Shown here: positions 14,059-27,129 of the stretch, piece after piece
Layout: every line of letters starts with the position of its first letter
Numbering within the stretch: the stretch's first letter is position 1
From: Octopus sinensis
Lineage: Eukaryota
DNA: 64,000 nucleotides
Direction: 5' to 3'
NCBI RefSeq assembly: GCF_006345805.1
Contig: NC_042998.1
Location: 164,424,001-164,488,000 of the forward strand
Made by a program: the position numbers and the translations under genes
The notes under the pieces: generated by a model
What the model was told of the DNA's origin: nothing
The model's database searches: none
What the model saw: the letters and a program-made list of their open reading frames with translations, nothing else

Positions 14059-14254
14059 GTATAAAGGTATGCTCACAAATATGTGCATATAGACTAATAC
14101 ACAAATACACGTACATATGTTTATATAGTGAGAGAGCAGAAGTGAAGAGAGATAGAGAGACAGACAGACAGACAGATACACAGAGAATGAATGGAGAAAA
14201 CAAATGAGGATAGAAAATCTAAGTAATTAGTATGAAAAGAACTCAAAATCCTTG

Positions 14255-14825
14255 ATGATGACTGCGGCGGCGGCGGCTGTGGCAGTGGTGGTGGTGGCAG
14301 TGGTGATGGTGGTGGTGGTGGTGGTGGTTTTGGTGGTGGCGATTGTGTTACTGTTTATTTTATTTTTTTTATTCTGTTTTCTTTTGCGTATGTTTTTTGG
14401 CCCCGGGGAAACCCCGATCAAATGGACTTAGGATCAAAGGTTATTTCAGCCCTGATCATCTCGTATTTCTTTTAGGTATAGTGATTTCGGGACTATGATG
14501 ATGATGATGATGGTGGTAATCATGGTCATGATGATGATCATGATGATGGAGTTGCTAGTGGTGGCAGTAGTAGTAGTGGTGGAGTCGGTGGCAGTGTTGA
14601 TAACAATAATGATGATGATGATGACAACATTGATAGTGGTAGTTATGATGATGATTATCATGACGACAACGATGACGGTGATGATGACGTCATCGATATT
14701 GAGAAACATAATGATGCTTATAATGATGTCTATGATAATATTTATTGCTATTGCTGCTACTGCTCCTGCTGTTACCGCTTATGATGATGGTGATGATGTT
14801 GGGCATGATTATTTTGACTATGAGC
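14255..14825. repeat. Degenerate triplet repeats (GGT/GAT/GCT)
   Basis: Direct inspection. Confidence 0.85.
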
Positions 14826-14940
14826 ATAGTTATGCAACCAGTCAAATAAGCTGAAAGGGGGACTGGAGTTTATCAAGTGCGTCTTCCTCGCAATTTCTAT
14901 CAGTCATTATAGTACACATGCTCATACATACACTCATATT

Positions 14941-15645
14941 GGTTTCAAATTTTGACACAAGGCCAGCACTTTGGCGGGAGAAGTTAAGTCGATTGCATCG
15001 ACCCCGGTGCTTAAACGGGGTACTTATTTTATCGAGCCCAAGGTAATGAAAGGCAAAGTCGACCTCAGCGGAGTTCGATGCTTACACTCATATTTTTGGG
15101 GAGGAGAACAGTCGATTAGATCGACCCCAGTATTTTACTGATACTTAATTTATTGACCCCGAAAATATGAAAGGCAAAGTCGACCTCGGCGGAATTTGAA
15201 CTCAGAACGTAAAGACAAACGAAATATCTATTTCATTACTACCCACAAGGGGCTAAACACAGAGAGGACAAACAAGGACAGACAAACGGATTAAGTCGAT
15301 TATATCGACCCCAGTGCGTAACTGGTACATATTTAATCGACCCCGATATATGAAAGGCAAAGTCGACCTCGGCGGAATTTGAACTCAGAACGTAGCAGCA
15401 GACGAAATACCTGTTTGTTTATTACCCACAAGGGCCTAAACATAGAGGGGACAAACAAGGACAGACAAACGGATTAAGTCGATTACATCGACCCCAGTGT
15501 GTAACTGGTACTTAATTTATCGATCCCTAAAGGAGGAAAGACAAAGTCGACCTCGGCAGAATTTGAACTCAGAACGTAGCAGCAGACGAAATATCGCTAA
15601 GCATTTCGCCCGGCGCGCTAACGTTTCGGCCAGCTCGCCGCCTTA
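14941..15645 (-). mobile_element. SINE family A cluster: a 5'-truncated copy plus a trimer, with shared TSD motif
   Basis: Four cores. TACACTCATATT occurs at 14929, 15083 and 15648. Confidence 0.9.
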
Positions 15646-15953
15646 CTTACACTCATATTCTGACACAAATACTACGAAAGCATAGATACATAGAAACACA
15701 CACACACAAATATATTCACTCATATGAAATAAAAAGCAAAAGCTGACCTTGGCGGAATTTGAACTTAGAACGTAGTAAGCCGTAAAACTTTTTCTCCGAT
15801 GCGGGGGCCTCCAACAGTCTCAGACTAAATATCAACTTTTAAAAAAATGGAAACAATGGTTATGCGATGCCACAGTACATTATACGACTTGATATCGAAT
15901 GTCCCCATGCATTACAGTTCTACTTGGTCACATTTTTTATGAAACCAACGATC

Positions 15954-16016
<63 letters not shown>

Positions 16017-16018
16017 TA

Positions 16019-16054
<36 letters not shown>

Positions 16055-16064
<10 letters not shown>

Positions 16065-19000
16065 TATTAAGGGCTAAAGAGGGTTATTCTAAAGCCAAAT
16101 ACACTGTTTTATCCACTTATAATCCGCTTGTTACAGGAAAATTGAAACTGAAAACGGGCAACTACCTTTAAAAATTTAAATTTCGTTATCTCTATATTGA
16201 ATCAATTTCGGACTTATCTTATAAAAAAAGATATATTCCTTCTTCAGTAGAAATTTCGATGGGATATAAATAAAATACTCACGTATGATCATGGAAAAAG
16301 CACAAGCTAAAAACATAACTACACTTGAGTACATCATTTTATCTAAAAATAAAATTTCTTTGGTCAGCCTCAGAAAACAACGTCCAGACCTTTCGCGCGC
16401 GCTACAAATTGTAATGGTTACCAGTCCTCCTGTAGCAAGCATCGAGTTTACTACTAAGCAATATAGGATGAAGTCCCTTACTCTACAGCAAAGGAATTCA
16501 TCAGGAAGCGTGGGCAGTATATTTAAAAAAAACCGTTACGGTTGCAATATACATCATATAATTAAGGGCTAAAGAGGGTTATTCTAAAGCCAAATACACT
16601 TTTTTATCCACTTATAATCCGCTGGTTACAGGAAAATTGAACTGAAAACGGGCAACTAACCTTTAGAAAATTTAAATTTCGTTATCTCTATATTGAATCA
16701 TTTCGGACTTAATCTTATAAAAAAAGATATATTCCTTCTTCAGTAGAAATTTCGATGGGATATAAATAAAATACTCACGTATGATCATGGAAAAAGCACA
16801 AGCTAAAACCATAACTACACTTGAGTACATCATTTATATCTAAAAATAAAAATTCTTTGGTCAGCCTCAGAAAACAACGTCCAGACCTTTCGCCGCTACA
16901 AATTGTAATGGTTACCAGTCATCCTGTAGCAAGCATCGAGTTTACTACTAAGCAATATAGGATGAAGTCCCTTACTCTACAGCAAAGGAATTCATCAGGA
17001 AGCGTGGGCAGTATATTTAAAAAAAACCGTTACGGTTGCAATATACATCATAATAATTAAGGGCTAAAGAGGGTTATTCTAAAGCCAAATACACTGTTTT
17101 ATCCACTTAAATCCGCTTGTTACAGGAAAATTGAAACTGAAAACGGCAACTAACCTTTAGAAAATTTAAATTTCGTTATCTCTATATTGAATCAATTTCG
17201 GACTTAATCTTATAAAAAAAGATATATTCCTTCTTCAGTAGAAATTTCGATGGGATATAAATAAAATACTCACGTATGATCATGGAAAAAGCACAAGCTA
17301 AAAACATAACTACACTTGAGTACATCATTTATATCTAAAAATAAAAATTCTTTGGTCAGCCTCAGAAAACAACGTCCAGACCTTTCGCCGCTACAAATTG
17401 TAATGGTTACCAGTCCTCCTGTAGCAAGCATCGAGTTACTACTAAGCAATATAGGATGAAGTCCCTTACTCTACAGCAAAGGAATTCATCAGAAGCGTGG
17501 GCAGTATATTTAAAAAAAACCGTTACGGTTGCAATATACATCATATAATTAAGGGCTAAAGAGGGTTATTCTAAAGCCCAATACACTGTTTTATCCACTT
17601 ATAATCCGCTTGTTACAGGAAAATTGAAACTGAAAACGGGCAACTAACCTTTAGAAAATTAAATTTCGTTATCTCTATATTGAATCAATTTCGGACTTAA
17701 TCTTATAAAAAAGATATATTCCTTCTTCAGTAGAAATTTCGATGGGATATAAATAAAATACTCACATGATCATGGAAAAAGCACAAGCTAAAAACATAAC
17801 TACACTTGAGTACATCATTTATATCTAAAAAAAAAATTCTTTGGTCAGCCTCAGAAAACAACGTCCAGACCTTTCGCCGCTACAAATTGTAATGGTTACC
17901 AGTCCTCCTGTAGCAAGCATCGAGTTTACTACTAAGCAATATAGGATGAAGTCCCTTACTCTACAGCAAAGGAATTCATCAGGAAGCGTGGGCAGTATAT
18001 TTAAAAAAAACCGTTACGGTTGCAATATACATCATATAATTAGGGCTAAAGAGGGTTATTCTAAAGCCAAATACACTGTTTTATCCACTTATAATCCGCG
18101 GATTATAACAAGCGGATTATAAGTGGATAAAACAGTGTATTTGGCTTTAGAATAACCCTCTTTAGCCCTTAATTATATGATGTATATTGCAACCGTAACG
18201 GTTTTTTTAAATATACTGCCCACGCTTCCTGATGAATTCCTTTGCTGTAGAGTAAGGGACTTCATCCTATATTGCTTAGTAGTAAACTCGATGCTTGCTA
18301 CAGGAGGACTGGTAACCATTACAATTTGTAGCGGCGAAAGGTCTGGACGTTGTTTTCTGAGGCTGACCAAAGAATTTTTATTTTTAGATATAAATGATGT
18401 ACTCAAGTGTAGTTATGTTTTTAGCTTGTGCTTTTTCCATGATCATACGTGAGTATTTTATTTATATCCCATCGAAATTTCTACTGAAGAAGGAATATAT
18501 CTTTTTTTATAAGATTAAGTCCGAAATTGATTCAATATAGAGATAACGAATTTAAATTTTCTAAGGTTAGTTGCCCGTTTTCAGTTTCAATTTTCCTGTA
18601 ACAAGCGGATTATAAGTGGATAAAACAGTGTATTTGGCTTTAGAATAACCCTCTTTAGCCCTTAATTATATGATGTATATTGCAACCGTAACGGTTTTTT
18701 TAAATATACTGCCCACGCTTCCTGATGAATCTTTGCTGTAGAGTAAGGGACTTCATCCTATATTGCTTAGTAGTAAACTCGATGCTTGCTACAGGAGGAC
18801 TGGTAACCATTACAATTTGTAGCGGCGAAAGGTCTGGACGTTGTTTTCTGAGGCTGACCAAAGAATTTTTATTTTTAGATAAATGATGTACTCAAGTGTA
18901 GTTATGTTTTTAGCTTGTGCTTTTTCCATGATCATACGTGAGTATTTTATTTATATCCCATCGAAATTTCTACTGAAGAAGGAATATATCTTTTTTTATA

Positions 19001-20250
19001 AGATTAAGTCGAAATTGATTCAATATAGAGTAACGAAATTTAAATTTTCTAAAGGTTAGTTGCCCGTTTTCAGTTTCAATTTTCCTGTAACAAGCGGATT
19101 ATAAGTGGATAAAACAGTGTATTTGGCTTTAGAATAACCCTCTTTAGCCCTTAATTATATGATGTATATTGCAACCGTAACGGTTTTTTTAAATATACTG
19201 CCCACGCTTCCTGATGAATTCCTTTGCTGTAGAGTAAGGGACTTCATCCTATATTGCTTAGTAGTAAACTCGATGCTTGCTACAGGAGGACTGGTAACCA
19301 TTACAATTGTAGCGGCGAAAGGTCTGGACGTTGTTTTCTGAGGCTGACCAAAGAATTTTTATTTTTAGATATAAATGATGTACTCAAGTGTAGTTATGTT
19401 TTTAGCTTGTGCTTTTTCCATGATCATACGTGAGTATTTTATTTATATCCCATCGAAATTTCTACTGAAGAAGGAATATATCTTTTTTTATAAGATTAAG
19501 TCCGAAATTGATTCAATATAGAGATAACGAAATTTAAATTTTCTAAAGGTTAGTTGCCCGTTTTCAGTTTCAATTTTCCTGTAACAAGCGGATTATAAGT
19601 GGATAAAACAGTGTATTTGGCTTTAGAATAACCCTCTTTAGCCCTTAATTATATGATGTATATTGCAACCGTAACGGTTTTTTTTAAATATACTGCCCAC
19701 GCTTCCTGATGAATTCCTTTGCTGTAGAGTAAGGGACTTCATCCTATATTGCTTAGTAGTAAACTCGATGCTTGCTACAGGAGGACTGGTAACCATTACA
19801 ATTTGTAGCGGCGAAAGGTCTGGACGTTGTTTTCTGAGGCTGACCAAAGAATTTTTATTTTTAGATATAAATGATGTACTCAAGTGTAGTTATGTTTTTA
19901 GCTTGTGCTTTTTCCATGATCATACGTGAGTATTTTATTTATATCCCATCGAAATTTCTACTGAAGAAGGAATATATCTTTTTTTTATAAGATTAAGTCC
20001 GAAATTGATTCAATATAGAGATACGAAATTTAAATTTTCTAAAGGTTAGTTGCCCGTTTTCAGTTTCAATTTTCCTGTAACAAGCGGATTATAAGTGGAT
20101 AAAACGTGTATTTGGCTTTAGAATAACCCTCTTTAGCCCTTAATTATATGATGTATATTGCAACCGTAACGGTTTTTTTAAATATACTGCCCCGCTTCCT
20201 GATGAATTCCTTTGCTGTAGAGTAAGGGACTTCATCCTATATTGCTTAGT
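16055..20250. repeat. Palindromic tandem array of a ~495-bp unit (~4.1 forward and ~4.3 inverted copies), embedded in (TA)n
   Basis: GGGCTAAAG recurs at 16071, 16566, 17061, 17553 and 18043. Its reverse complement (AGCCC) recurs at 18164, 18657, 19146, 19640 and 20135. The inversion point is at ~18089-18108. Confidence 0.97.
18394..18448 (+). CDS. Putative signal-peptide exon (MMYSSVVMFLACAFSMII, phase-1 end) within the array unit; one of 8 copies
   Basis: CTGAC branch-like motif, then TTTTTATTTTTAG acceptor (exon starts 18388), ATG at 18394, and AC|GTGAGT donor at 18448/18449. The peptide is hydrophobic. Other + exons are at 18879-18937, 19369-19429 and 19865-19925; mirror copies lie on the minus strand (e.g. 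16283-16342). No downstream exon was identified. Confidence 0.45.
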
Positions 20251-20483
20251 ATATATATAATATATATATATATATAATATATATATATATATATGTATAT
20301 ATATATGATCTTTATCTTATATTACTCTTTATATACTCTTTATATTATATTATATACTCTTTATCTTATATTAAACTTTTAATACTTTTTGATACTTTAA
20401 AATTTTTTTTTAAATTAAATTTAAAAAAAAATTTTTAATTAAAAAATAAATAGATAAATAAATAAATAAAATAATAATAATAT

Positions 20484-20519
<36 letters not shown>

Positions 20520-20744
20520 TTAAAATTTACAAGTTTAATTTATTAATTTAAATAATTTTTTAAAATTTTAACTTTAATTTAATATTTTAATTGAATTTTA
20601 TATTTTATATTTTATATTTTTTATATTTTTTAATTCATTTTATTCTATGTATTGCTTATGATTTTCACTGTTTGATTTGCCTAATAGTGGTTTTATCTCT
20701 AATTTAATATAATATATATATATATATATATATATCTTCTTATC

Positions 20745-21400
20745 TTCTTCTTAATCCTTTTTGCCCCTTGTAATGCATAGGGCCTCAACAGTTGTTTTCC
20801 ACTTTTTACAGTCATTGGCGTGTTTCTTAGCTGCTTCCCATGTCAGGCCGGTGGTCCCGAGCTCGTCCAAAATGCTCTGCTTCCATGTCTGCTTCGAGCG
20901 TCCTCACTTCCTTTTCCCCTGCGGGTTCCAGTCAAATGCTTGTCGTGTCATATTTGAGGGTCCTTTTCGCAGTGTGTGTCCGATCCATCTCCATTTCCTT
21001 CGTCTAATCTGAACATGTATGGGCTCCTGGTTGGCTCTTTCCTACAGGTCGGTGTTTGGCACTCTGTCGAACCACTTCAGATGGTGGATCTGCCGGAGAC
21101 ATTTATTAATGAAGGTCTGGATCTTCTTGTAGTTGCTGCAGGTGGTTCTCCATGTTTCAGAACCATACAAAAGCACAGATTTTACGTTTGAACTAAATAA
21201 GTAAATAAGCGGAGTTTAGTTCGGGTTGAGATGGCAAGCCTTCTTGCTTCTTGCCGTGATGTCCTCGTCTGATCCACCTGATTTGCTGATCTTGCTGCCA
21301 AGATAGACAAACTCACTAACGTCCTCCACAGGTGTCCCCTCGATTTTGATTGGCTTTCCTTGCTTGTTGTTGATACGCAGCACTTTTGTCTTTTCCATAC
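20745..21400 (-). mobile_element. RTE-clade LINE 3' end (5'-truncated)
   Basis: [58 protein letters not shown] and WNPQGKRK. Ends in a short AAG-rich repeat tail. Confidence 0.9.
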
Positions 21401-21473
21401 AATTTGTCTATCCATAAAATTTCAAAGTAAGGTGATTAAAATCAAAATAAGCAACAAGGATATCCTTATTGCT

Positions 21474-21575
<102 letters not shown>

Positions 21576-22174
21576 ATGCTGAATAAGTAAAAGTAAAATG
21601 CTGCGTACCGTTACAAGTGATAAGTTCTAAAATTTAAACAGAAATACCAGGGAAAACATGGAAAATTCTCACATGAGACGAGACGTTTCTTATTCAGTTA
21701 TCATCCGGTATGAAATTGTAAGGATCTTTTCAACAATAACTGACAAACAGTGGTGGGTACAGCTAACCAAAAACTGCTTCGCTAACTGCTAATCCGCTAA
21801 CTAAAAGTTAACCTCACAAACGCTATACTGCTAAACAGGTAAAATGAATTAGCGGAAGCTAACGCTAACTGATAACTACTCACTTTTATCATATAAATTT
21901 AGCTTTGGTTTGGCCTTTTTATGCTGTAGCTTAGACATAGAGATTTCCTATGAGGTATAGCATGCAAAGATCAGATGCTGATCATGATGTATGCAAATAA
22001 TTAAAAAATAATCAGTCAAGTCGACCATATACTAAAACTCCGATCACGTGTATAAGAAAATTGTACCCGGATTCCAGGAGGGGGCCATTGCACCGCGGAT
22101 TTGCTGACATAAAAGCAAGCACGTCTTTTTTATCCACTTTATATTTGGAGCGTGTATATATATATATATATATA

Positions 22175-22215
<41 letters not shown>

Positions 22216-22939
22216 AGGGTTGTTCATTGTGACCCTATATGTATTCACGCAAGCATATACATAGAGAATGCATGCATACGAACAGGCACACGCTCACACA
22301 AATACACACAAACTTAGAACAAAAATGTTGGGTATAGTTTTATTGTAACCCACGGTTTTAGTTCATTGAAATTGATACTAGCGTGGGGAAAAACCCTTCT
22401 AAGCTAACTCACATTTATCGTCTAGTCTCCTAAAACTACAGGCATTTCTTCGTTTCATTCTTTATGGATTTCACGTAATATCCCAATGGAGACATGACTA
22501 GGTGTCTCTTGTACAGTTTTAGTCCTCTGTTTAAATTAGAAATTCTGTTATTTCTCTACACAAAGAGGGGGTATGTGCTCGCATGATATGTATTGTCGTG
22601 ATGTTATTATCTTAAAATATTTACTCTCTTCACCTCTTTCTTGTGTGTTCAAATCTAGCCAGAGTGAGATTTGCTTTTTCTTCTCCTAGGGCAAATAAAA
22701 TAAGTGCTAATAATTCATTCGTTGCCCAACAACATATTCAGTAAAAACATCCAAGAAGATACCAAGACACTGTCCTCTTCCTCATGAGCAATTAAGTTAG
22801 TACAAGGGAGGTAATCATTTCTTCCTAATACTTGGAAGGATTAGTCGTTTGAATTTGAAGTAAAGGATGCATACATATCTACACATACATCTCCATATAT
22901 TCACGCACGAATGATTAGATTAATTATATATAATTATGG

Positions 22940-22989
<50 letters not shown>

Positions 22990-22991
22990 TA

Positions 22992-23662
22992 TGTACAGTC
23001 ACCGGAAGTAACTTGCACGGACACCGGAATACATCTGCCATCACCAGAGAAAACAAAGCAACTACCTCCAGCGACTTGCCTGACCTTTCATTGGACAAAA
23101 GCTACCTACCTGCCATTCTATTGGACACTGGCTAAACATCACTGCTGATATTTTTGTATAAATAGACATCATAAATCGCTGTAAAGGCAGTTGGCTTTTT
23201 GGCACTCGACTGATGTAAATCGTGTCCCTCTCGCCTGCCACGCTCGCCACTCACGCCGCCTCGAACCTTTGTACTGCTATTTCACGCCTGAAATAAATCG
23301 CTGTATAAACTTACACCTCTTGTCTGCTCGTCATTTCAACTACTGCTTTCGTCTGTCCAGTTTTGCTGATTACGACCACAGTCCTTTTCAGGGCTAATTC
23401 AAGTCTGATCTGAATGCGATAACAGTCTTTTTTAGGACTACTCTCAGATCCGATCTAATTACGATAACAGTCCTTTTTAGGACTATTCTTGGATTGGATC
23501 TAATTGCGATAACCGTCCTTTTCAGGACTACTCTCAGACCCGATCTAATTACGATAACAGTCCTTTTTAGGACTATTCTTGGATCGCATCTAATTGCGAT
23601 AACCGTCCTTTTAAGGGCTACCCTCAGATCAGACCAGAAGTAGTGGCCAAGAATCATACCCG

Positions 23663-23667
<5 letters not shown>
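22992..23667 (+). mobile_element. Probable solo LTR containing a 45-bp tandem array
   Basis: TGTA...TACA termini, TATAAATA at ~23157 and AATAAA at ~23292. GC-richer than its flanks and bounded by (TA)n and (CA)n. The TSD cannot be read. Confidence 0.45.
23375..23632. repeat. 45-bp minisatellite (~5.5 copies, alternating 90-bp dimer)
   Basis: GATCTAATT(A/G)CGATAAC(A/C)GTCCTTTTTAGGACTA repeats every 45 bp with alternating variants. Confidence 0.9.
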
Positions 23668-23715
<48 letters not shown>

Positions 23716-23733
23716 TACATATACATAAACATA

Positions 23734-24586
23734 CAGGGTACGGTGAATAAACTGTCGTCCAAATTATGCAAAATAACAGATATATTTACCAAAATTACAT
23801 AAAAATATCTTGAAATACTAAAGAGCAAATTTATTCAATAAAATTGCCATCGGCTTTAACCACGGCCTCCAGACGACTTCGGAATATTCTACAATTCTTC
23901 TGGACAGTCTCCTTGTTTAAGTTGGTGAATGCTTCCATAATCAGTTCATCTTTGGTTTTACAAGGAGTTTCGTTGGTCTCTCGCTCAAGTGGACCCCACA
24001 CGTAATAATCAATGGGGTTGCATTCAGGGGAGTTAGGTGGCCATATGTTAGGGGTGATGTGGTCGCAGAAATTGTCTGACAGCTATGACTGGGTTCTCCT
24101 GCTTGTGTAGCATGGTGCAGAGTCCTATTGCCAGTCATAGGGTCTTCCAGCAGCCAAAACCTCTTAACCCAGTGCCGCACTACCTCCTCCAGGCACTTGA
24201 TGCAAGCTTCCGTGTTGAGTCTGAGGCCGTGTGGGAAGATAAATGACGGTATAACGTCGCCATCACTAGTGGTCACTCTAAACACCATGTTATTGACTGG
24301 ATGTTTGATTTTTATCACTCTCGGTACATGTCCTTAGATTACACTGTCTTCAGATTGACACCGAAACTCTCTGAAATGTACGTATTATAGCTTCCGGCGC
24401 GAATGGTATGCAGCACAGCATGTTGTTTCCAAATTTTTCGCAGAATGAATTGCATCATGGTGCTGTTTTTCTCACAGGTAGTAACCAACTACCCCTACTA
24501 TAATGTTTAGTTGACAAAATCAAAATCAATGTGCATGCGCGAAATGAAAAATATAAAATAGCGACAATTTACCCATCGCATCCTGA
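23734..24586 (-). mobile_element. Internally deleted Tc1/mariner (DD37D/maT-like) element with both ends
   Basis: TIR CAGGGTACGGTGAATAAACTGTCG and a degenerate opposite end CGACAATTTACCCATCGCATCCTG. Encodes KHPVNNMVFRVTTSDGDVIPSFIFPHGLRLN. Homologous to 8760-9574. Confidence 0.8.
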
Positions 24587-24713
24587 ATATAGTGTGTGTG
24601 TGTGGTGTGTGTGTGTGTGTGCCTGTGTGTCTGCATACCTACATATATTTACATATATATGCATATTATTATTATTGTGTGGTTAGTTTCTTCCTATGTC
24701 TCTTCATATTGGG

Positions 24714-24758
<45 letters not shown>

Positions 24759-25639
24759 ATATGTATATATATATGTATATATACATATACATATACATAC
24801 ATATACATATATATATATTTATATTTATATATAATTGTGTGTATATGTAATTGTATGTGTACACGCATGTATATTTATGCAACAAACACGGACGAGTACA
24901 TTTTGAAATATGTTCTCGTATATGTATATAAGTGTCTTATAACTGCATATACATACACACACACACACATGCACGCACATATACATATAAGTATTATGTA
25001 TTCATACACAAAAGGAAACGTACTAAAATTATCACGGTTAGTACATACAATCGTTGAAGAGGTGTACTTGTGAAATGGGATTTTCATAATCCCTATTTCA
25101 GTTGTGGCCAAAATACTGTATAAGTGAAATCTTAGATCATGAGAGCAGAATAAGAAAAATGGCGTATTGTTATTTGACATGGCTGCAGACGGTGGTGGAC
25201 ACACTGCTTCAGTTCTCTTTAGAACGTACAATATTTCTTCTGTTGTTGTAGTTGTTGTTGTTGTTACTGCTGCTGCTGCTGTTGTTGTTAAGCTCCAGGC
25301 GAGCCGCATTGGAACAGACTTATATTCAAAGACATTCTAGAAGCGTCGTGTCTATTTTCTGGAAGATAATGTATCTTGGAATATATTCTCCAATGTGTTG
25401 TTATTTTCTGAAGAATGCAGGATGTAATATAGTTTCAAATTTTGGCACAAGGCCAGTAATTTCAAGGATTATGGATTAGTCGATTACATCGGCTTCAGTG
25501 CTTAACTGGTATTTATTTTTTCGACCCCGAAAGGCATCATCGACCACAGAGGAATTCGAGTTCAGAACGTAAAGACACACACACACACACCCATACCCAC
25601 ACAATATATGTATATGTGTATGTGTATATATATACATAT

Positions 25640-25744
<105 letters not shown>

Positions 25745-25784
25745 GTACGACAGGCTTCATTCACCTTTCGTCGACTATAGACGC

Positions 25785-25931
25785 TAACATGGCTGTGTGG
25801 TAAGAAGCTTGCTCCCAATCTCATGGTTCCGGTTTCACCTTGGGCAAGTGTTAGCAACTATAGCCTCGGGCCGACCAAAGCCTTGTAAGAGGATTTAACT
25901 GACGTAAATTGAAAGAAGCCTGTCGTGTGTT

Positions 25932-26020
<89 letters not shown>

Positions 26021-26230
26021 TGTATGTGTGTGTGTGTGTGTCTGTATGTCTGTCTTCCACACATCACTTGACAACCGATGTTGGTGTGTTTGCCTCCTCG
26101 TAACTTTGCGGTTCGGCAAAAGGAGTGGATAGAATAAGTACTAGGATTACAAAGAATAAATCCTGGGGTTGATTTCTGCGACTAAAAACCCTTTATGGCG
26201 TTGGTAGATGACTGACACAAGTAACAGAAT
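25785..26230 (+). mobile_element. CORE-type SINE family B with expanded internal microsatellite
   Basis: TGGCTGTGTGGTAAGAAGCTTGCT, ACCTTGGGCAAGTG and GATAGAATAAGTACTAGG. Confidence 0.85.
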
Positions 26231-26613
26231 AACTGGAAGAAATTGCCTCTAAGGATTTCGACCGACGGGCTAACGATTCTACCAGCTCGCCACCTTAAAA
26301 TAGGATGTAATATGAAGAAGATTCAGCTGCTATTTCTAGCATGCTGTGTAAGTGTGTAGAGGCTCCTTTGTTGGCTCATGGAGTAATGGTCAAGTTTACT
26401 GGTGGTACAGTCAAAATAGTATGACGTATTAATCGCATTATTGTACTGGTATAATAGAGAGATGATCTATGAAATTGCCAATAGCGCAACAGCGGAACGA
26501 TGTAACTGCGTAATACTGCAGATGTATATATGAATATAATAGTATAATTGTCTAATAGTAGTTTAGTAGTGCAAAATCGTGCATCATGCTTTTAATAATG
26601 GTTTATTATGTTA

Positions 26614-27124
26614 CTAGCAGTATCGCCCGGCGTTGCTCGGGTTTGTAAGGGAAATAACTATATAAGCATTTTTAGAGAGTTACTTCCCTTATAGATGCCA
26701 ATTCGGGCTTTCTTAGCCATTTCTGTTTTGGTGTCTTCAAGCCATGAAGTCGTTGTTCTAAAAGAACGCTGGTCTCCTTGACAACGCTTTACGACGTTGA
26801 TTTCCTTACACTCCCTTCCCCACAGCTTCACGAGGGAGGGAAGAAGGGGGAGAAGCAAACAGGTGCAGGTGTGACGCTGGACGCCAACTCCGCCGCCATC
26901 GACACACGAAAAATTATGCATGAAAATGGAATAAAAAATGATGTTAAATTATTTTTAAAATCGTAGACTCATCGTAGACGCGCGCTAATACTCAGACGGG
27001 CTCGATATGAATCACGACTATAGGATACCCGAATTTGGTTAAACTGCACCGCAAAATGTGGGAGTAGTTAGGAATCTAAATCGAAGGGGACAGACACTCA
27101 CACAACTAGTTTTATATATATAGA
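26614..27124 (-). mobile_element. Non-autonomous Helitron (~510 bp), complete termini
   Basis: On the minus strand: A|TC 5' end at 27124 and CTAG|T 3' end at 26614. GC hairpin CCCGAGCAACGCCGGG (26626-26641) lies 12 nt before the end. No TSD. Confidence 0.85.
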
Positions 27125-27129
27125 TATCA

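Noticed and set aside
18480-18535. CTGAAGA-AGGA...TCC-GAAATTGATTC in the 495-bp unit as a hammerhead, which would make the array a retrozyme
   Set aside because: The core and a stem II are suggestive, but I could not form stem I or a proper stem III. The CTGATGA at ~18229 also lacks a correctly placed GAAA. An Infernal search would settle it.
16176-19883. 60-95 aa ORFs repeated in the array (MSTSFISKNKNSLVSLRKQRPDL...)
   Set aside because: No recognisable domain, starts vary between copies, and they overlap the better-supported spliced exon on the other strand.
20305-20660. Almost pure A/T stretch
   Set aside because: Low complexity and probably low-quality consensus, so no structure can be inferred.
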